Source: an uncultured archaeon (lineage in GTDB: Archaea > Altiarchaeota > Altiarchaeia > IMC4 > SCGC-AAA252-I15). Taken from it: a stretch of DNA of 27,967 bases. The notes beneath the pieces are model-generated. The model saw only the letters and a program-made list of their open reading frames with translations, had not been told where the DNA came from and made no database searches. Within the stretch, counting starts at the first letter, position 1. Each line of letters begins with the position of its first letter. The stretch spans positions 1 through 27,967 of the forward strand of contig CABMCB010000063.1 in the NCBI GenBank assembly GCA_902384455.1, in the 5' to 3' direction. Positions 1 to 10,504 of this stretch are shown here, piece after piece. The position numbers and the translations under genes are program-made.

Positions 1-643
1 AACCAAAATAAGCTTCATCAACGAAATAGGCAACATCTGCAAGAAACTGAACGTAGACACATACGACGTAGCCAAAGGAGTAGGACTAGACCACAGAATC
101 GGCCAACACTTCCTCGCAGCAGGACCCGGATTCGGCGGAAGCTGCTTCCCAAAAGACGTCAAAGCACTCGTACGCAAAGCCCGCTCAATAAGCTACGACC
201 CTCAAATCCTCAACGCAGTACTATCCGTCAACGCAACACAACCCCACAAAGTGCTGGAATCAGCCGAGAAACGATGGGGGCCAATGAAAGGGGCTAAAGT
301 CGCCTTGCTGGGTCTTGCCTTCAAGGAAGACACGGACGACGTGCGAGAAAGCCCCGCCATCACAATAGCTGAAGACTTCTTTAAAGCTCAGGCGAAAGTC
401 ACCGCTTATGACAAAAAAGCGGTTGAAAACGCCAAAAAAATATTGGGCGAAAAAATCTCGTACGCGACATCAGTCGACGAAGCACTCAAAGACGCCGACT
501 TAGCCGTCGTCGCCACAGGATGGAAGCAATTCGCAACGCTTAACGTCCACGTAATGAAGAAAAAAAGGGTGCTGGACACACGCCACGTCGTGAAGAAGAA
601 TCTACTGCCCAAGGACACCGAATACGAAGGGCTGCTATGGTGA
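1..643 (+). CDS. ugd: UDP-glucose 6-dehydrogenase (5'-truncated by window edge)
   Basis: Frame is open from base 2: TKISFINEIGNIC...GLDHRIG...GPGFGGSCFPKD (catalytic Cys motif), then GLAFKEDTDDVRESP. The ORF track start at 251 is internal. Confidence 0.95.
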   Translation, partial: TKISFINEIGNICKKLNVDTYDVAKGVGLDHRIGQHFLAAGPGFGGSCFPKDVKALVRKARSISYDPQILNAVLSVNATQPHKVLESAEKRWGPMKGAKVALLGLAFKEDTDDVRESPAITIAEDFFKAQAKVTAYDKKAVENAKKILGEKISYATSVDEALKDADLAVVATGWKQFATLNVHVMKKKRVLDTRHVVKKNLLPKDTEYEGLLW

Positions 644-1506
644 AAAAAATGAAAGCAGTAATTCCCGCCGCAGGACTAGGAACAAGATTCCTACCCGCCA
701 CAAAATCACAGCCAAAAGAAATGCTGCCGCTCGTGGACAAACCAGCAATACACTACGTCGTAGAAGAAGCAGTCGCATCAGGAATAGACGACATAATCAT
801 AGTCACAGGCCGCGGGAAACGCGCCATAGAAGACTACTTCGACCATTCGGTGGAGCTTGAGATGGCGCTTGAGAAATCCGGCAAAACCAAGCTGCGCGAG
901 GAGATGGAGGCCATAAGCGAGATGGCGTCCATACATTTCATACGCCAGAAGCATCCGCTGGGTCTTGGGCATGCGGTATTGACTGCGGAAAAGCACGTGG
1001 GCGACGAACCATTCGCAGTCCTTCTGGGAGACGACATAATATACGGCGAAAAGCCCGCCACACTGCAGCTAATCGAACGCCACCGCAAATACGAAGGAGC
1101 ACCTGTCATCGCCGTGGAAGAAGTGCCTCGGTCGATGATATCCAGCTACGGAATAATAAAAGGGAAAAAGCAGCCGGACGGCGCCTACATCATAGAAGAC
1201 TTGGTGGAAAAACCCAAGCCGGAAGACGCCCCAAGCAACCTAGGAATCACAGGCCGATACGTATTCACCCCCGACATATTTGACGCCCTCAAGAAGACCA
1301 AGCAAGGATTCGGCGGCGAAATACAGCTCACCGACGGAATGAACATCCTGCGGAAAAAAAGAAAAATGTACGCGTTCACATACGCCGGCATAAGATACGA
1401 CCTAGGAAGCAAACTAGACTACCTGCGCGCAACAGTAGAATTCGGACTAAGAAACCAAGAAATAGGCGAAAAATTCCGCGCATACCTAAAGAACGTCAAA
1501 CCATGA
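637..1506 (+). CDS. galU: UTP--glucose-1-phosphate uridylyltransferase
   Basis: [37 protein letters not shown] and EIQLTD motifs. An alternative start is the ATG at 649. Confidence 0.95.
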   Translation: MVKKMKAVIPAAGLGTRFLPATKSQPKEMLPLVDKPAIHYVVEEAVASGIDDIIIVTGRGKRAIEDYFDHSVELEMALEKSGKTKLREEMEAISEMASIHFIRQKHPLGLGHAVLTAEKHVGDEPFAVLLGDDIIYGEKPATLQLIERHRKYEGAPVIAVEEVPRSMISSYGIIKGKKQPDGAYIIEDLVEKPKPEDAPSNLGITGRYVFTPDIFDALKKTKQGFGGEIQLTDGMNILRKKRKMYAFTYAGIRYDLGSKLDYLRATVEFGLRNQEIGEKFRAYLKNVKP

Positions 1507-2444
1507 ACATAATAGTCACCGGAGGAGCCGGATTCCTCGGAAGCCACATATGCGAAAGACTACTCACAGAAGGCCACGACGTAGTATGCATGGACAACTA
1601 CCTAACCGGCAAAGACCAAAACATAAAACACCTCTGCCCCAACCCAAAATTTACGGCCGTAAAAACAGACGTCTCAAAACACATAGAATACGAAGGCGAC
1701 GTAGACTTCATACTACACTTCGCAAGCCCCGCCTCACCCAAAGACTACCTCAAATACCCAATACAAACACTCAAAGTAGGAGCACTAGGAACACACAACA
1801 CACTCGGCCTCGCCAAAGCCAAAAACGCAGGATTCCTTCTTGCGTCCACAAGCGAAGTATATGGAGACCCCTTAGTTCACCCGCAGCCGGAAACATACTG
1901 GGGAAACGTAAACCCCATAGGGCCTAGAGGAGTCTACGACGAAGCAAAACGCTACGCTGAAGCCATGACTATGGCGTACCACAGGGCGCACAACGTGGAC
2001 ACACGCATAGTCCGCATATTCAACACATACGGGCCCAGAATGGGCGTAAGCGACGGCAGAGTAGTGCCGGCTTTCCTGTGCCAAGCCCTAAGGAACAAGC
2101 CTCTGACGGTATACGGCGACGGCAAACAGACGCGCAGCTTCTGCTACGTAAGCGACCTGGTCGACGGCATAGTCCGCCTTATGAAAAGCAGCGAACACGA
2201 GCCTGTCAACATAGGCAACCCGCGGGAGATGACGGTCCTACAGTTCGCGCAAGCAATAAAGAAGGCGGTCGGAGCCGACGTCCCAATAATCCACGAACCC
2301 CTCCCAATAGACGACCCTAAGGTGCGCCAGCCGGACATAACCAAAGCCCGCCGCATCCTAAAGTGGGAGCCTAAAGTGACGCTTGAAGAAGGACTGGAAA
2401 AAACAATCCCCTACTTCAAAGAGGTACTTGCATGCGAATGCTAG
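1503..2444 (+). CDS. uxs: UDP-glucuronate decarboxylase (UDP-xylose synthase), extended SDR
   Basis: [56 protein letters not shown] and [10 protein letters not shown] are characteristic UXS motifs. Confidence 0.9.
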   Translation: MNIIVTGGAGFLGSHICERLLTEGHDVVCMDNYLTGKDQNIKHLCPNPKFTAVKTDVSKHIEYEGDVDFILHFASPASPKDYLKYPIQTLKVGALGTHNTLGLAKAKNAGFLLASTSEVYGDPLVHPQPETYWGNVNPIGPRGVYDEAKRYAEAMTMAYHRAHNVDTRIVRIFNTYGPRMGVSDGRVVPAFLCQALRNKPLTVYGDGKQTRSFCYVSDLVDGIVRLMKSSEHEPVNIGNPREMTVLQFAQAIKKAVGADVPIIHEPLPIDDPKVRQPDITKARRILKWEPKVTLEEGLEKTIPYFKEVLACEC

Positions 2445-3355
2445 TCACAGGCGGCGCAGGATTCATAGGAAGCCACATAGTCGACAGACTACTTATGGAA
2501 AAACACGACGTCGCCGTCGCAGACAACCTCTCGTCAGGAACGCGAGGAAACGTCCCATTCGGAGTGGAATTCTACGAAGTAGACCTCACAAGCCCAGGCC
2601 TAACCGAAGCCATAACAGAATTCAAACCCGACGTAGTATTCCACGAAGCCGCACAAATCAACGTCCGCAAATCCATAGAAAACCCAACAACCGACGCCAA
2701 AACAAACATAATCGGCTCCATAAACCTACTCGAAGCCTGCCGGAAAAACAACGTGAAAAAAATAATCTACGCCTCATCAGGAGGCGCAGTATACGGCGAA
2801 CCACAAAAACTACCCGTACCAGAAGACCACCCCATAAAACCCCTATCACAATACGGAGCAAGCAAACACGCAGTAGAACACTACCTAGAAATATACCGCC
2901 AAAACTACGACCTCAACTACACAATACTACGATACAGCAACGTGTACGGCCCCCGGCAAAACCCCAACGGAGAAGCAGGAGTAATAGCGATATTCGCCAA
3001 AGCATTCCTCAACGGCAGCCAACCGGTGATTTTCGGCGACGGAAACCAAACCCGCGACTTCATCTACGCCGCAGACGTCGCGCAAGCAAACCTACTTGCA
3101 GCCCAAAAGAAGACGCCGGAAAAAACATTCAACGTAGGCTCAGGAACAGAAATATCAATCAACAAAATAACCGACCTAATATCCAAAGCAACCGACGCAA
3201 AAACAAAGCCAAAATACGGCCCAGAAGTGCCAGGCGAAGTACGACACACATACTTGGACATATCGCGCGCCAAAAAAGAGCTCGGCTGGCAACCCAAAAA
3301 GAAAATAGAAGACGGAATCAAAGAAACAGTCGAATGGATTAAGAACGGAGACTAA
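2432..3355 (+). CDS. galE: NAD-dependent UDP-sugar 4-epimerase (UDP-glucose 4-epimerase-like)
   Basis: [35 protein letters not shown] and [19 protein letters not shown]. The exact substrate cannot be determined from sequence. Confidence 0.75.
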   Translation: MRMLVTGGAGFIGSHIVDRLLMEKHDVAVADNLSSGTRGNVPFGVEFYEVDLTSPGLTEAITEFKPDVVFHEAAQINVRKSIENPTTDAKTNIIGSINLLEACRKNNVKKIIYASSGGAVYGEPQKLPVPEDHPIKPLSQYGASKHAVEHYLEIYRQNYDLNYTILRYSNVYGPRQNPNGEAGVIAIFAKAFLNGSQPVIFGDGNQTRDFIYAADVAQANLLAAQKKTPEKTFNVGSGTEISINKITDLISKATDAKTKPKYGPEVPGEVRHTYLDISRAKKELGWQPKKKIEDGIKETVEWIKNGD

Positions 3356-3643
3356 CCCTTACTTATCGTCCTGCCTTCCAAGCCCTTCTCCAAAGCCAAA
3401 GACGCCGCAACAACAACCAAAACCACCCCTAAAACCAAAGAAAAGGAAAAAGGGACGCGAAGAAGGAAATTCACATAAAAAACAGCAACAGGAACAACCG
3501 CAAGCGACAAAGCAAAAGACAAAACAACCCTCTCAACCAAACCCACTCCAGACGAAGAAAAAAAAGCACGGAAAACCGCATAACCCGGAACAAAAAACAC
3601 AACCAACCCCCCCAACAACCGCCCGCAACAAATCAAACATCAT
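3352..3643 (-). pseudogene. Small DUF1616-like membrane protein with a frameshift (one extra base) in a G7 tract (sequencing error or slippage)
   Basis: The ATG at 3643/3640 follows an SD-like GGGGGTGG and reads MMFDLLRAVVGG. Removing one G of the 7-G run (C7 at 3607-3613 on +) joins it to LVVFFVPGYAVFRAFF...GLVERVVLSFALSLAVVP, the DUF1616-type pattern. Confidence 0.6.
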
Positions 3644-3667
3644 CAACACACCACCCCCACAGTAAGG

Positions 3668-3697
3668 TCACACACTATCACACACTATACAATACTA
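3668..3697. repeat. 10-bp tandem repeat (TCACACACTA x2 plus degenerate TACAATACTA) in a divergent intergenic region
   Basis: Read directly; ACTAT recurs at 3674, 3684 and 3694. Confidence 0.7.
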
Positions 3698-3705
3698 TAA
3701 TCCAC

Positions 3706-3716
3706 CCCCTTTAATA
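3706..3716 (+). promoter_or_regulatory. Putative TATA box of the rpe-led operon
   Basis: CCCCTTTAATA lies about 40-50 nt before rpe. The same CCCCTTTAA 9-mer precedes the radical SAM gene. Confidence 0.45.
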
Positions 3717-3756
3717 CCGCCAACCAAAGCAAATACTAAACACAAAAAAACAAAGG

Positions 3757-4419
3757 GTGGAACAAGTGATAAAGATAGCGGCAAGCATACTCTCAGCAGA
3801 CTTCACAAACATGGGAGACGCCGTAAAACAAGCCCAAAAAGGAGGCGCAAACCTAATACACTTCGACGTCATGGACGGCCACTTTGTCCCAAACATAACA
3901 TTCGGAAACGCAATGATAGCCGCCCTCAAACCCCAACTAACAAAACCAGCAGACGTACACCTAATGATAACAAACCCCGAAGAACAAGCACAAAAATACA
4001 TAGACTCGGGAGCCAACTACCTAACATTCCACATAGAAGCCACAAAAAAACCCGAAAAACTAATACAAAAAATCAAAAAACAAGGAGTAAAAACAGGCAT
4101 CTCAATCAAACCAAAAACACCACTAAAAACAATAACACCCCTACTACCAAACCTAGACCTCGTACTAATAATGAGCGTAGAACCAGGATTCGGCGGCCAA
4201 AAATTCATCCCCACCTCACTCGAAAAAATAAAAACACTCAGAAAAACAATAGACACAAAAGGATACAAAACCCTAATCTCAGTCGACGGAGGAATAAACG
4301 CCCAAACAATCCACTCCGTAAACCAAGCAGGAGCAGACATAGCAGTAGCCGGATCCGCAATATTCCAAACAAAAAACATCCCCCAAGCAATAAAAAAACT
4401 CAAGGAGGCAGCCCGATGA
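3757..4419 (+). CDS. rpe: Ribulose-phosphate 3-epimerase
   Basis: ASILSADF, HFDVMDGHFVPNITFG, DVHLM, MSVEPGFGGQKF, VDGGIN and VAGSAIF. The start may be the GTG at 3766, after GGGTGG. Confidence 0.96.
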   Translation: MEQVIKIAASILSADFTNMGDAVKQAQKGGANLIHFDVMDGHFVPNITFGNAMIAALKPQLTKPADVHLMITNPEEQAQKYIDSGANYLTFHIEATKKPEKLIQKIKKQGVKTGISIKPKTPLKTITPLLPNLDLVLIMSVEPGFGGQKFIPTSLEKIKTLRKTIDTKGYKTLISVDGGINAQTIHSVNQAGADIAVAGSAIFQTKNIPQAIKKLKEAAR

Positions 4420-5249
4420 AATCAACGGCAGTTCAGAAATACGATTTCATAGCTCTCAAAGAGAAAGCCAAGCAGATACGCCGCCACATTCTAGAGATGA
4501 CGTACGCTGCAAGCAGCGGGCATCCCGGCGGAAGCATGAGCATAGCCGACATAGTCACTGTTCTATACTTTGCCGTAATGCGCTACGACCCTCAGAACCC
4601 CGCGTGGGAAGAACGCGACCGCTTTGTACTATCCAAAGGGCACGGGGCGCCGGCGTTGTACTCGGCACTTGCGGAAGCAGGATTCTTCCCGACCAAAGAA
4701 CTCAAAACGCTAAGAAAATGCGGCACACGCCTAGAAGGCCACCCTTCACACCAAAAAGTCCCAGGTGTTGAAGCAAGCACCGGAAGCTTAGGCCAAGGAT
4801 TCAGCATGAGCGTGGGAATGGCGCTTGCGGCAAAAATAGACAAAAAGGAAAATAGGGTCTACGCTTTGCTTGGGGACGGCGAATGCAACGAAGGCATAGT
4901 ATGGGAAGCCGCAATGGCCGCAAACCACTACAAACTCGACAACCTCACTGCAATCGTGGACCGAAACCACTATCAAATCGACGGCGTAACAGAAGACGTA
5001 ATGAGCCTCGAACCATTCGCGGACAAATGGCGCGGATTCGGATGGAACACAGTCGTAATCGACGGTCATAATCTCCATGAAATATTCGATGCGTTGGAGC
5101 GCGCGGAGTCCACTAAAGGAAAGCCGACGGTCATAATAGCCAACACTCTCAAAGGCAAAGGAGTCAGCTTCATGGAAGGCAAAAACGACTACCACGGGAA
5201 GCCCCTACCCAAGGAACTGCTCGATAAGGCGCTGGAGGAACTGGCATAA
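4416..5249 (+). CDS. tktA: Transketolase, N-terminal (ThDP-binding) subunit
   Basis: SGHPGGSMS, RDRFVLSKGH, LEGHP, STGSLGQG, GDGECNEG and KGKG. Confidence 0.95.
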   Translation: MKSTAVQKYDFIALKEKAKQIRRHILEMTYAASSGHPGGSMSIADIVTVLYFAVMRYDPQNPAWEERDRFVLSKGHGAPALYSALAEAGFFPTKELKTLRKCGTRLEGHPSHQKVPGVEASTGSLGQGFSMSVGMALAAKIDKKENRVYALLGDGECNEGIVWEAAMAANHYKLDNLTAIVDRNHYQIDGVTEDVMSLEPFADKWRGFGWNTVVIDGHNLHEIFDALERAESTKGKPTVIIANTLKGKGVSFMEGKNDYHGKPLPKELLDKALEELA

Positions 5250-6202
5250 TGACGGAAGAACTTACATTCGACGAATACGCAAGCACGCGCAACGCCTACG
5301 GGGAAACGCTCGTAGCGCTCGGCTCAGAACGCCAAGACATAATAGTCTTGGACGCAGACCTATCCTCCAGCACACAAACCAAGCTATTCTCCACAAGATT
5401 CCCAGAACGCTTCTTCAACGTAGGCGTCGCAGAACAAAACCTAATAGACATCTCCGCCGGAATAGCATTATCCGGAAAAACAGTCTTCGCAAGCACATTC
5501 GCCATGTTCGGCACAGGCCGCGGATGGGAGATGATTAGAAACACGCTCGCATACGACCAGCTAAACGTCAAACTAGTGTTCACTCACAGCGGCCTGCTTG
5601 TGGGCCAAGACGGAAGCTGCCATCAAAGCCTCGAAGACATAGCTATAATGCGGGCGATACCCGGCCTCACAGTGATGATACCTGCGGACGCAAACGAAAC
5701 CAAGGCGATGATACGCTACGCGGCAGAAACGCCGGGCCCGTTCTACATACGCCTTTCGCGAGAGAAAACGCCGGTCCTATTCAAGGAATACCACCATAAG
5801 CCGTCGCAGCCCTTCGTGATAGAAGACGGAGAAGACGTCACAATATGCGCTACAGGCGTGATGGTCGCAATGGCGCTTCAGGCAAGATGCCGGCTATCAA
5901 AAGAAGGCGTATCCGCCCGCGTCATAAACATGAACCAAATCAAGCCGCTTGATGCCGACTTCATAGTCAAAAACGCCAAAGAAACAGGCGCAATAGTGAC
6001 CGCAGAAGAACACAGCATAATAGGCGGAATAGGCAGCGCAATAGCGGAAACACTCGCCGAACGCCACCCAACTCCTATGCGCCGCATAGGCACACAAGAC
6101 AAATTCGGAGAATCCGGCCTAGGATTCGAACTACTTGAAAAATACGGCTTAACCGCGTCAGCCATAGCAAACGCCGCAAAAGAACTGGTGAAGCAAAAAT
6201 GA
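5249..6202 (+). CDS. tktB: Transketolase, C-terminal (pyrimidine-binding) subunit
   Basis: DADLSSST, NVGVAEQN, GQDGSCHQSLED, YIRLSR and TAEEHSIIGGIGS. It overlaps the N-subunit gene at TAATG. Confidence 0.95.
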   Translation: MTEELTFDEYASTRNAYGETLVALGSERQDIIVLDADLSSSTQTKLFSTRFPERFFNVGVAEQNLIDISAGIALSGKTVFASTFAMFGTGRGWEMIRNTLAYDQLNVKLVFTHSGLLVGQDGSCHQSLEDIAIMRAIPGLTVMIPADANETKAMIRYAAETPGPFYIRLSREKTPVLFKEYHHKPSQPFVIEDGEDVTICATGVMVAMALQARCRLSKEGVSARVINMNQIKPLDADFIVKNAKETGAIVTAEEHSIIGGIGSAIAETLAERHPTPMRRIGTQDKFGESGLGFELLEKYGLTASAIANAAKELVKQK

Positions 6203-7206
6203 TCATCATACTGCGAAACGACGCAACCAAAAATCAGATAAACGACGTTCTCGCGAAAATCAAAGCTCTACGCCTTAAGCACCAACTCTCAAAAGGAGTC
6301 GAAAAGACCATAATAGGCGTCATAGGAGACGAACGCATCATCGCAGGCCAACCGTTCGAAAACATGCCTGGCGTGGACAGCGTCATACCAATACTTAAGC
6401 CCTACAAGATGGCAAGCAGGGAATTCCACCCCCAAAACTCCGTCGTCAAAATAGGCGACGCCAAATTCGGCAAAGCATTCACCGTAATAGCCGGACCATG
6501 CGCAGTAGAAAACGAAAAACAAGTCATGGAAACAGCCCGCGCAGTCAAGGCATCAGGAGCGCAAGTACTTCGCGGAGGAGCATACAAACCAAGAACAAGC
6601 CCATACGCATTTCAAGGACTCGGTGAAAAAGGCCTGAAAATACTCGCTAAAGCCCGCGACGAAACGGGGCTGCCGTTTGTCACAGAAGTCGTTGATACGC
6701 GCCACGTAAAAACGGCGGCGCAGTACGCAGACGCCCTCCAAATAGGCACCCGCAACATGCAGAACTTCGAGCTACTTAAGGAAGTAGGCAAAACAAACCT
6801 TCCCGTAGTCCTAAAAAGAGGAATGTGGGCGACCGTGGAAGAATGGCTTATGAGCGCGGAATACGTCATGTCCGAAGGCAACCCCAACATAATACTTTGC
6901 GAACGCGGAATACGAACATTCGAAAAGGCGACGCGCGCAACACTCGACGTATCCGCAATACCAGTCGCAAAATCACTCTCCCACCTGCCAGTAATAGTAG
7001 ACCCAAGCCACGCAGGAGGAAAACGCAGCCTAGTCTCACCGCTTGCGCTCGCAGGGGTAGCGGCAGGAGCAGACGGACTAATAGTGGAAGTCCACAACTG
7101 CCCAGACAAAGCCCTATGCGACGGACCACAAGCATTGCTTCCAAGCGACTTCGCGGAAATGATGAATAAGGCAAAAAAAATAGCGGCCATAGTAGGGCAC
7201 ACTTAA
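6199..7206 (+). CDS. aroF: 3-deoxy-7-phosphoheptulonate (DAHP) synthase, type I-beta, with an N-terminal ACT-like regulatory domain
   Basis: IAGPCAVE, GGAYKPRTSPYAFQG (DAHPS-type KPRTS), QIGTRNMQNF, LKRG, CERGIRTFE, VDPSH and EVH..P..A.CDG. About 65 N-terminal residues resemble the Thermotoga-type regulatory domain. Confidence 0.95.
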   Translation: MIIILRNDATKNQINDVLAKIKALRLKHQLSKGVEKTIIGVIGDERIIAGQPFENMPGVDSVIPILKPYKMASREFHPQNSVVKIGDAKFGKAFTVIAGPCAVENEKQVMETARAVKASGAQVLRGGAYKPRTSPYAFQGLGEKGLKILAKARDETGLPFVTEVVDTRHVKTAAQYADALQIGTRNMQNFELLKEVGKTNLPVVLKRGMWATVEEWLMSAEYVMSEGNPNIILCERGIRTFEKATRATLDVSAIPVAKSLSHLPVIVDPSHAGGKRSLVSPLALAGVAAGADGLIVEVHNCPDKALCDGPQALLPSDFAEMMNKAKKIAAIVGHT

Positions 7207-8285
7207 TGAACACAGTCACAGTCCGCCTCGGAAAACGCTCATACCCCATTTACATAGGCGAAGGCACACTCAACCAACTGGGCGAATTTGCCGCCAAAAA
7301 AATTTCGCCAGGCCGCTGCGCAATAATAACATCCGCACCCATCGCACGCCACCACCTGAAACCCGCAGTAAAAAGCCTCACATCCGCAGGATTTACGCCC
7401 ATAATAATCGAAATCCCCGACGGAGAACAACACAAAAACCTCGCAACATACTTAGCCGTAATAGACGAACTAGTCAAAGCCAAACTCGACAGAACATCCA
7501 CATTATTCGCCTTAGGCGGCGGCGTAGTCGGAGACATCACCGGATTCGCAGCAGCAACATACCTGCGCGGAGTACCCTACGTACAAATACCCACAACACT
7601 ACTGGCCCAAGTAGACTCAAGCGTCGGCGGAAAAACAGGCGTAGACCATCCGCAAGCAAAAAACCTAATCGGCGCATTCAACCAACCAACACTCGTAATA
7701 ACAGACACCAAAACACTCACAACACTCCCCGAAAGAGAATACACATCAGGACTCGCAGAAATAATAAAATACGGCATCATAGCAAGCCCCAAACTATTCA
7801 AACACCTCGAAACACACAAAAAACAAATAACACAAAGAAACCCAAAAACACTCGAACACATCATAACCGAAAGCTGCAAAATAAAAGCACACATAGTAGC
7901 AGCAGACGAAAAAGACGCCGGAATAAGACAAACACTAAACTTCGGCCACACAATAGGCCACGCAATAGAAGCGGCATCCGGCTACAAAAACATACGCCAC
8001 GGAGAAGCAGTAGCCCTCGGAATGATAGCTGCAACCAAAATATCAGAAGACGCTGGACTAACCCAAACGGAGGCAGAGCGCATAAAAAAACTCATAGCAA
8101 ACCTAAACCTTCCCACAAAAACAAACGTCAACATAACCAAAACATTAACCGCAATAAGCCACGACAAAAAAAGGTCAGACGGAAAAACACGCTTCATAGC
8201 CGCCCAAAAAATAGGTTCAACCTGCATAATCGAAAACGTACCCAAAAACACAATACAAAAAGCGCTAAAATCAATCGTTAAATAA
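7206..8285 (+). CDS. aroB: 3-dehydroquinate synthase
   Basis: [50 protein letters not shown]...[14 protein letters not shown] and HGEAV. Confidence 0.93.
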   Translation: MNTVTVRLGKRSYPIYIGEGTLNQLGEFAAKKISPGRCAIITSAPIARHHLKPAVKSLTSAGFTPIIIEIPDGEQHKNLATYLAVIDELVKAKLDRTSTLFALGGGVVGDITGFAAATYLRGVPYVQIPTTLLAQVDSSVGGKTGVDHPQAKNLIGAFNQPTLVITDTKTLTTLPEREYTSGLAEIIKYGIIASPKLFKHLETHKKQITQRNPKTLEHIITESCKIKAHIVAADEKDAGIRQTLNFGHTIGHAIEAASGYKNIRHGEAVALGMIAATKISEDAGLTQTEAERIKKLIANLNLPTKTNVNITKTLTAISHDKKRSDGKTRFIAAQKIGSTCIIENVPKNTIQKALKSIVK

Positions 8286-8316
8286 AACAAAAAACAAAAA
8301 AAAAGACACGGAAAAA

Positions 8317-8973
8317 ATGGAATTCTTCCTCGACACCGCGGACACAAACGAAATAAAAGAAGCACTATCCTGGGGCATACTCGACGGAGTCACAACAAAC
8401 CCATCGCTTGTCGCCAAAACAGGCAAAACATTCGAAGACGTCGCCCAAGAAATAATAAAACTAGTGAAAGGCCCAGTAAGCATAGAAGCAGTAGCAACAG
8501 ACACATCAAACATGCTAGAAGAAGCCCGCGAATACGCAACATGGGGAGAAAACGTAGTCATAAAAGTCCCCATGACGCCAGAAGGAATGAAAACAGTTGT
8601 CACACTCACAAAAGAACAAATACCCACCAACGTAACACTCGTATTCTCAGCAAACCAAGCATTAATCGCCGCAAAAGCAGGAGCAACATACGTCAGCCCA
8701 TTCATAGGACGCCTAGACGACGCAGGACAAAACGGCCTACAAATACTCGAAGACATAGTCACAATATACGACAACTACGACTTCACAACCAAAGTACTTG
8801 CAGCAAGCCTGCGTCACCCAATACACGTGCTGGAAGCCGCAAAAATAGGCTCCGACGTAGCCACAATACCCATAAACGTAATGAAACAACTCTTCAATCA
8901 CCCCCTAACAGACGCAGGACTCAAACGATTCATGGAAGACTGGAAAAAAGTCCCCACAAAAAAGAAAAAATGA
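8317..8973 (+). CDS. tal: Transaldolase (small MipB/TalC-type)
   Basis: [20 protein letters not shown] (Glu), VIKVP, NVTLVFS and YVSPFIGR (Phe). The Glu/Phe pair indicates transaldolase rather than F6P aldolase. Confidence 0.92.
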   Translation: MEFFLDTADTNEIKEALSWGILDGVTTNPSLVAKTGKTFEDVAQEIIKLVKGPVSIEAVATDTSNMLEEAREYATWGENVVIKVPMTPEGMKTVVTLTKEQIPTNVTLVFSANQALIAAKAGATYVSPFIGRLDDAGQNGLQILEDIVTIYDNYDFTTKVLAASLRHPIHVLEAAKIGSDVATIPINVMKQLFNHPLTDAGLKRFMEDWKKVPTKKKK

Positions 8974-9542
8974 GCGAAAAAGAAATCAAAGCCCAAATAG
9001 CAGAAAGCATACGCACAAAACAAGCAGTAGCAGACAAACTAACACCCCAAATAAAAAAAGCCGCCAACCTAATAACAAACACCCTCAAAAAAGGAAACAA
9101 AATACTCCTAATAGGAAACGGCGGAAGCGCAGCAGACGCACAACACATAGCAGCAGAATTCGTCGGACGCTACCTAAAAGAAAGAACCGCGTGGCCCGCC
9201 ATAAGCCTAGCAACAGACACAAGCGCACTAACCGCCCTAACAAACGACTACGGCGGACAAACAATATTCTCCCGACAAATAGAAGCACTCGGCCAAAAAG
9301 GAGACCTGCTCATAGCACTATCCACAAGCGGAAGAAGCCCAAACATACTAAAAGCATGCGAAACGGCCCGCAAAAAAAAGATGAAAATCATAGGCCTAAC
9401 CGGCGCCAAAGGCACCAAACTAAAAAACAAAAGCGACATAACCCTCATGGTACCCTCCACCGAAACACCCCGAATACAAGAAAGCCACATAACAATAGGC
9501 CACATACTAGCAAGCCTAGTTGAAAACGAACTCACAAAATGA
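8970..9542 (+). CDS. gmhA: Sedoheptulose-7-phosphate isomerase (phosphoheptose isomerase)
   Basis: [19 protein letters not shown]...FSRQ, STSGRS.N and RIQE.H...GH. The true start is the ATG at 8970 (ATGA overlap with tal), not 8541. Confidence 0.93.
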   Translation: MSEKEIKAQIAESIRTKQAVADKLTPQIKKAANLITNTLKKGNKILLIGNGGSAADAQHIAAEFVGRYLKERTAWPAISLATDTSALTALTNDYGGQTIFSRQIEALGQKGDLLIALSTSGRSPNILKACETARKKKMKIIGLTGAKGTKLKNKSDITLMVPSTETPRIQESHITIGHILASLVENELTK

Positions 9543-10504
9543 AAAAAGCACTAATAACAGGCGTCACAGGACAAGACGGAAGCTACTTGGCAGAACTACT
9601 ACTATCCAAAAAATACGAAGTATACGGCTTAGTCAGAAGACTATCCACCCCCAACTTCTGGCGCATAGAACACATCCTAGACCAAATAGAACTCATCGAC
9701 GGAGACCTAGCAGACGCCGCCTCACTAAACAACGCAGTAAAAGCGGCAGAACCCGATGAAATATACAACCTAGCAGCCCAATCATTTGTGGCCACAAGCT
9801 GGAGACAACCGCTACTCACAAGCGACGTCACAGGACTTGGCGCCACAAGAATGCTGGAAGCCGCAAAAAACTATACCCCCAACGCCCGCTTCTATCAGGC
9901 GTCCACATCGGAAATGTACGGGAACTCCTCGATTGACGGTAAACAAACGGAGAAAACGCCGTTTCACCCCCGTAGCCCATACGCAATAGCTAAACTGTAC
10001 GCCTACTGGATGAGCGTCAACTACCGCGAAAGCCATAAAATGTTCATCTGCAACGGAATACTCTTCAACCACGAGTCGCCAAGGCGAGGAATAGAATTCG
10101 TGACGCGGAAAATAACGGACGGAGTAGCAAAAATAAAACTCGGACTAGCAGACGACATAACCCTCGGAAACCTTGATGCGCGTCGGGACTGGGGTTACGC
10201 AGGAGACTACGTCAAAGCGATGTGGCTGATGCTGCAGCAGAAGGAACCGGACGACTACGTAGTCGCAACAGGAATATCACACTCAGTCAGAGACTTCGTA
10301 ACAGAAGCATTCAAAGTCGCCGGCATAGAAAAATGGGAAAAATACGTCAAACAAGACCCACGGTACATGCGCCCCACAGACGTCCAATACTTAGAAGGAA
10401 AACCCGACAAAGCAACACTAAAACTCGGCTGGAAACCAACAGTCCAATTCCAAGAACTAGTCAAAATGATGGTCGAAGCCGACATAGAAAGGCATAAAAA
10501 GTGA
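9539..10504 (+). CDS. gmd: GDP-mannose 4,6-dehydratase
   Basis: [59 protein letters not shown] and RDWGYA.DYV. Confidence 0.93.
   Translation: MKKALITGVTGQDGSYLAELLLSKKYEVYGLVRRLSTPNFWRIEHILDQIELIDGDLADAASLNNAVKAAEPDEIYNLAAQSFVATSWRQPLLTSDVTGLGATRMLEAAKNYTPNARFYQASTSEMYGNSSIDGKQTEKTPFHPRSPYAIAKLYAYWMSVNYRESHKMFICNGILFNHESPRRGIEFVTRKITDGVAKIKLGLADDITLGNLDARRDWGYAGDYVKAMWLMLQQKEPDDYVVATGISHSVRDFVTEAFKVAGIEKWEKYVKQDPRYMRPTDVQYLEGKPDKATLKLGWKPTVQFQELVKMMVEADIERHKK

Noticed and set aside
2383-3342. 319-aa Arg/Pro/Asn-rich ORF overlapping galE, and the many similar shadow and antisense ORFs
   Set aside because: These are alternative frames of well-supported genes with no recognisable motifs. For the + strand shadows, stop codons are scarce because the strand is T-depleted.
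6199-7206. KDO8P synthase (kdsA) reading, given the glycan context
   Set aside because: The KPRTS motif and ACT-like N-terminus are DAHP-synthase features; KdsA has KANRS.
7206-8285. Sedoheptulose-7-phosphate cyclase (EEVS/DDGS) reading of aroB, tempting because of tal and gmhA
   Set aside because: It has the DHQS-type K..IV..DE...G.R..LNFGHT segment rather than the EEVS MLEEL.PNL.E-type segment, and it follows a DAHP synthase.
8286-8316. A-rich tract between aroB and tal as a terminator or repeat
   Set aside because: The T-run is on the non-coding strand, and the tract matches the local A/C-rich background.
8541-8969. 333-aa ORF suggesting GmhA with a long basic N-terminal extension or a tal-gmhA overlap/fusion
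   Set aside because: The extension is the shadow frame of tal in T-poor sequence. The ATG at 8970 gives a normal 190-aa GmhA with an ATGA overlap.
8317-8973. Fructose-6-phosphate aldolase
   Set aside because: The active-site Glu (VSIE) and Phe (SPF) match transaldolase, not the Gln/Tyr pair of FSA.
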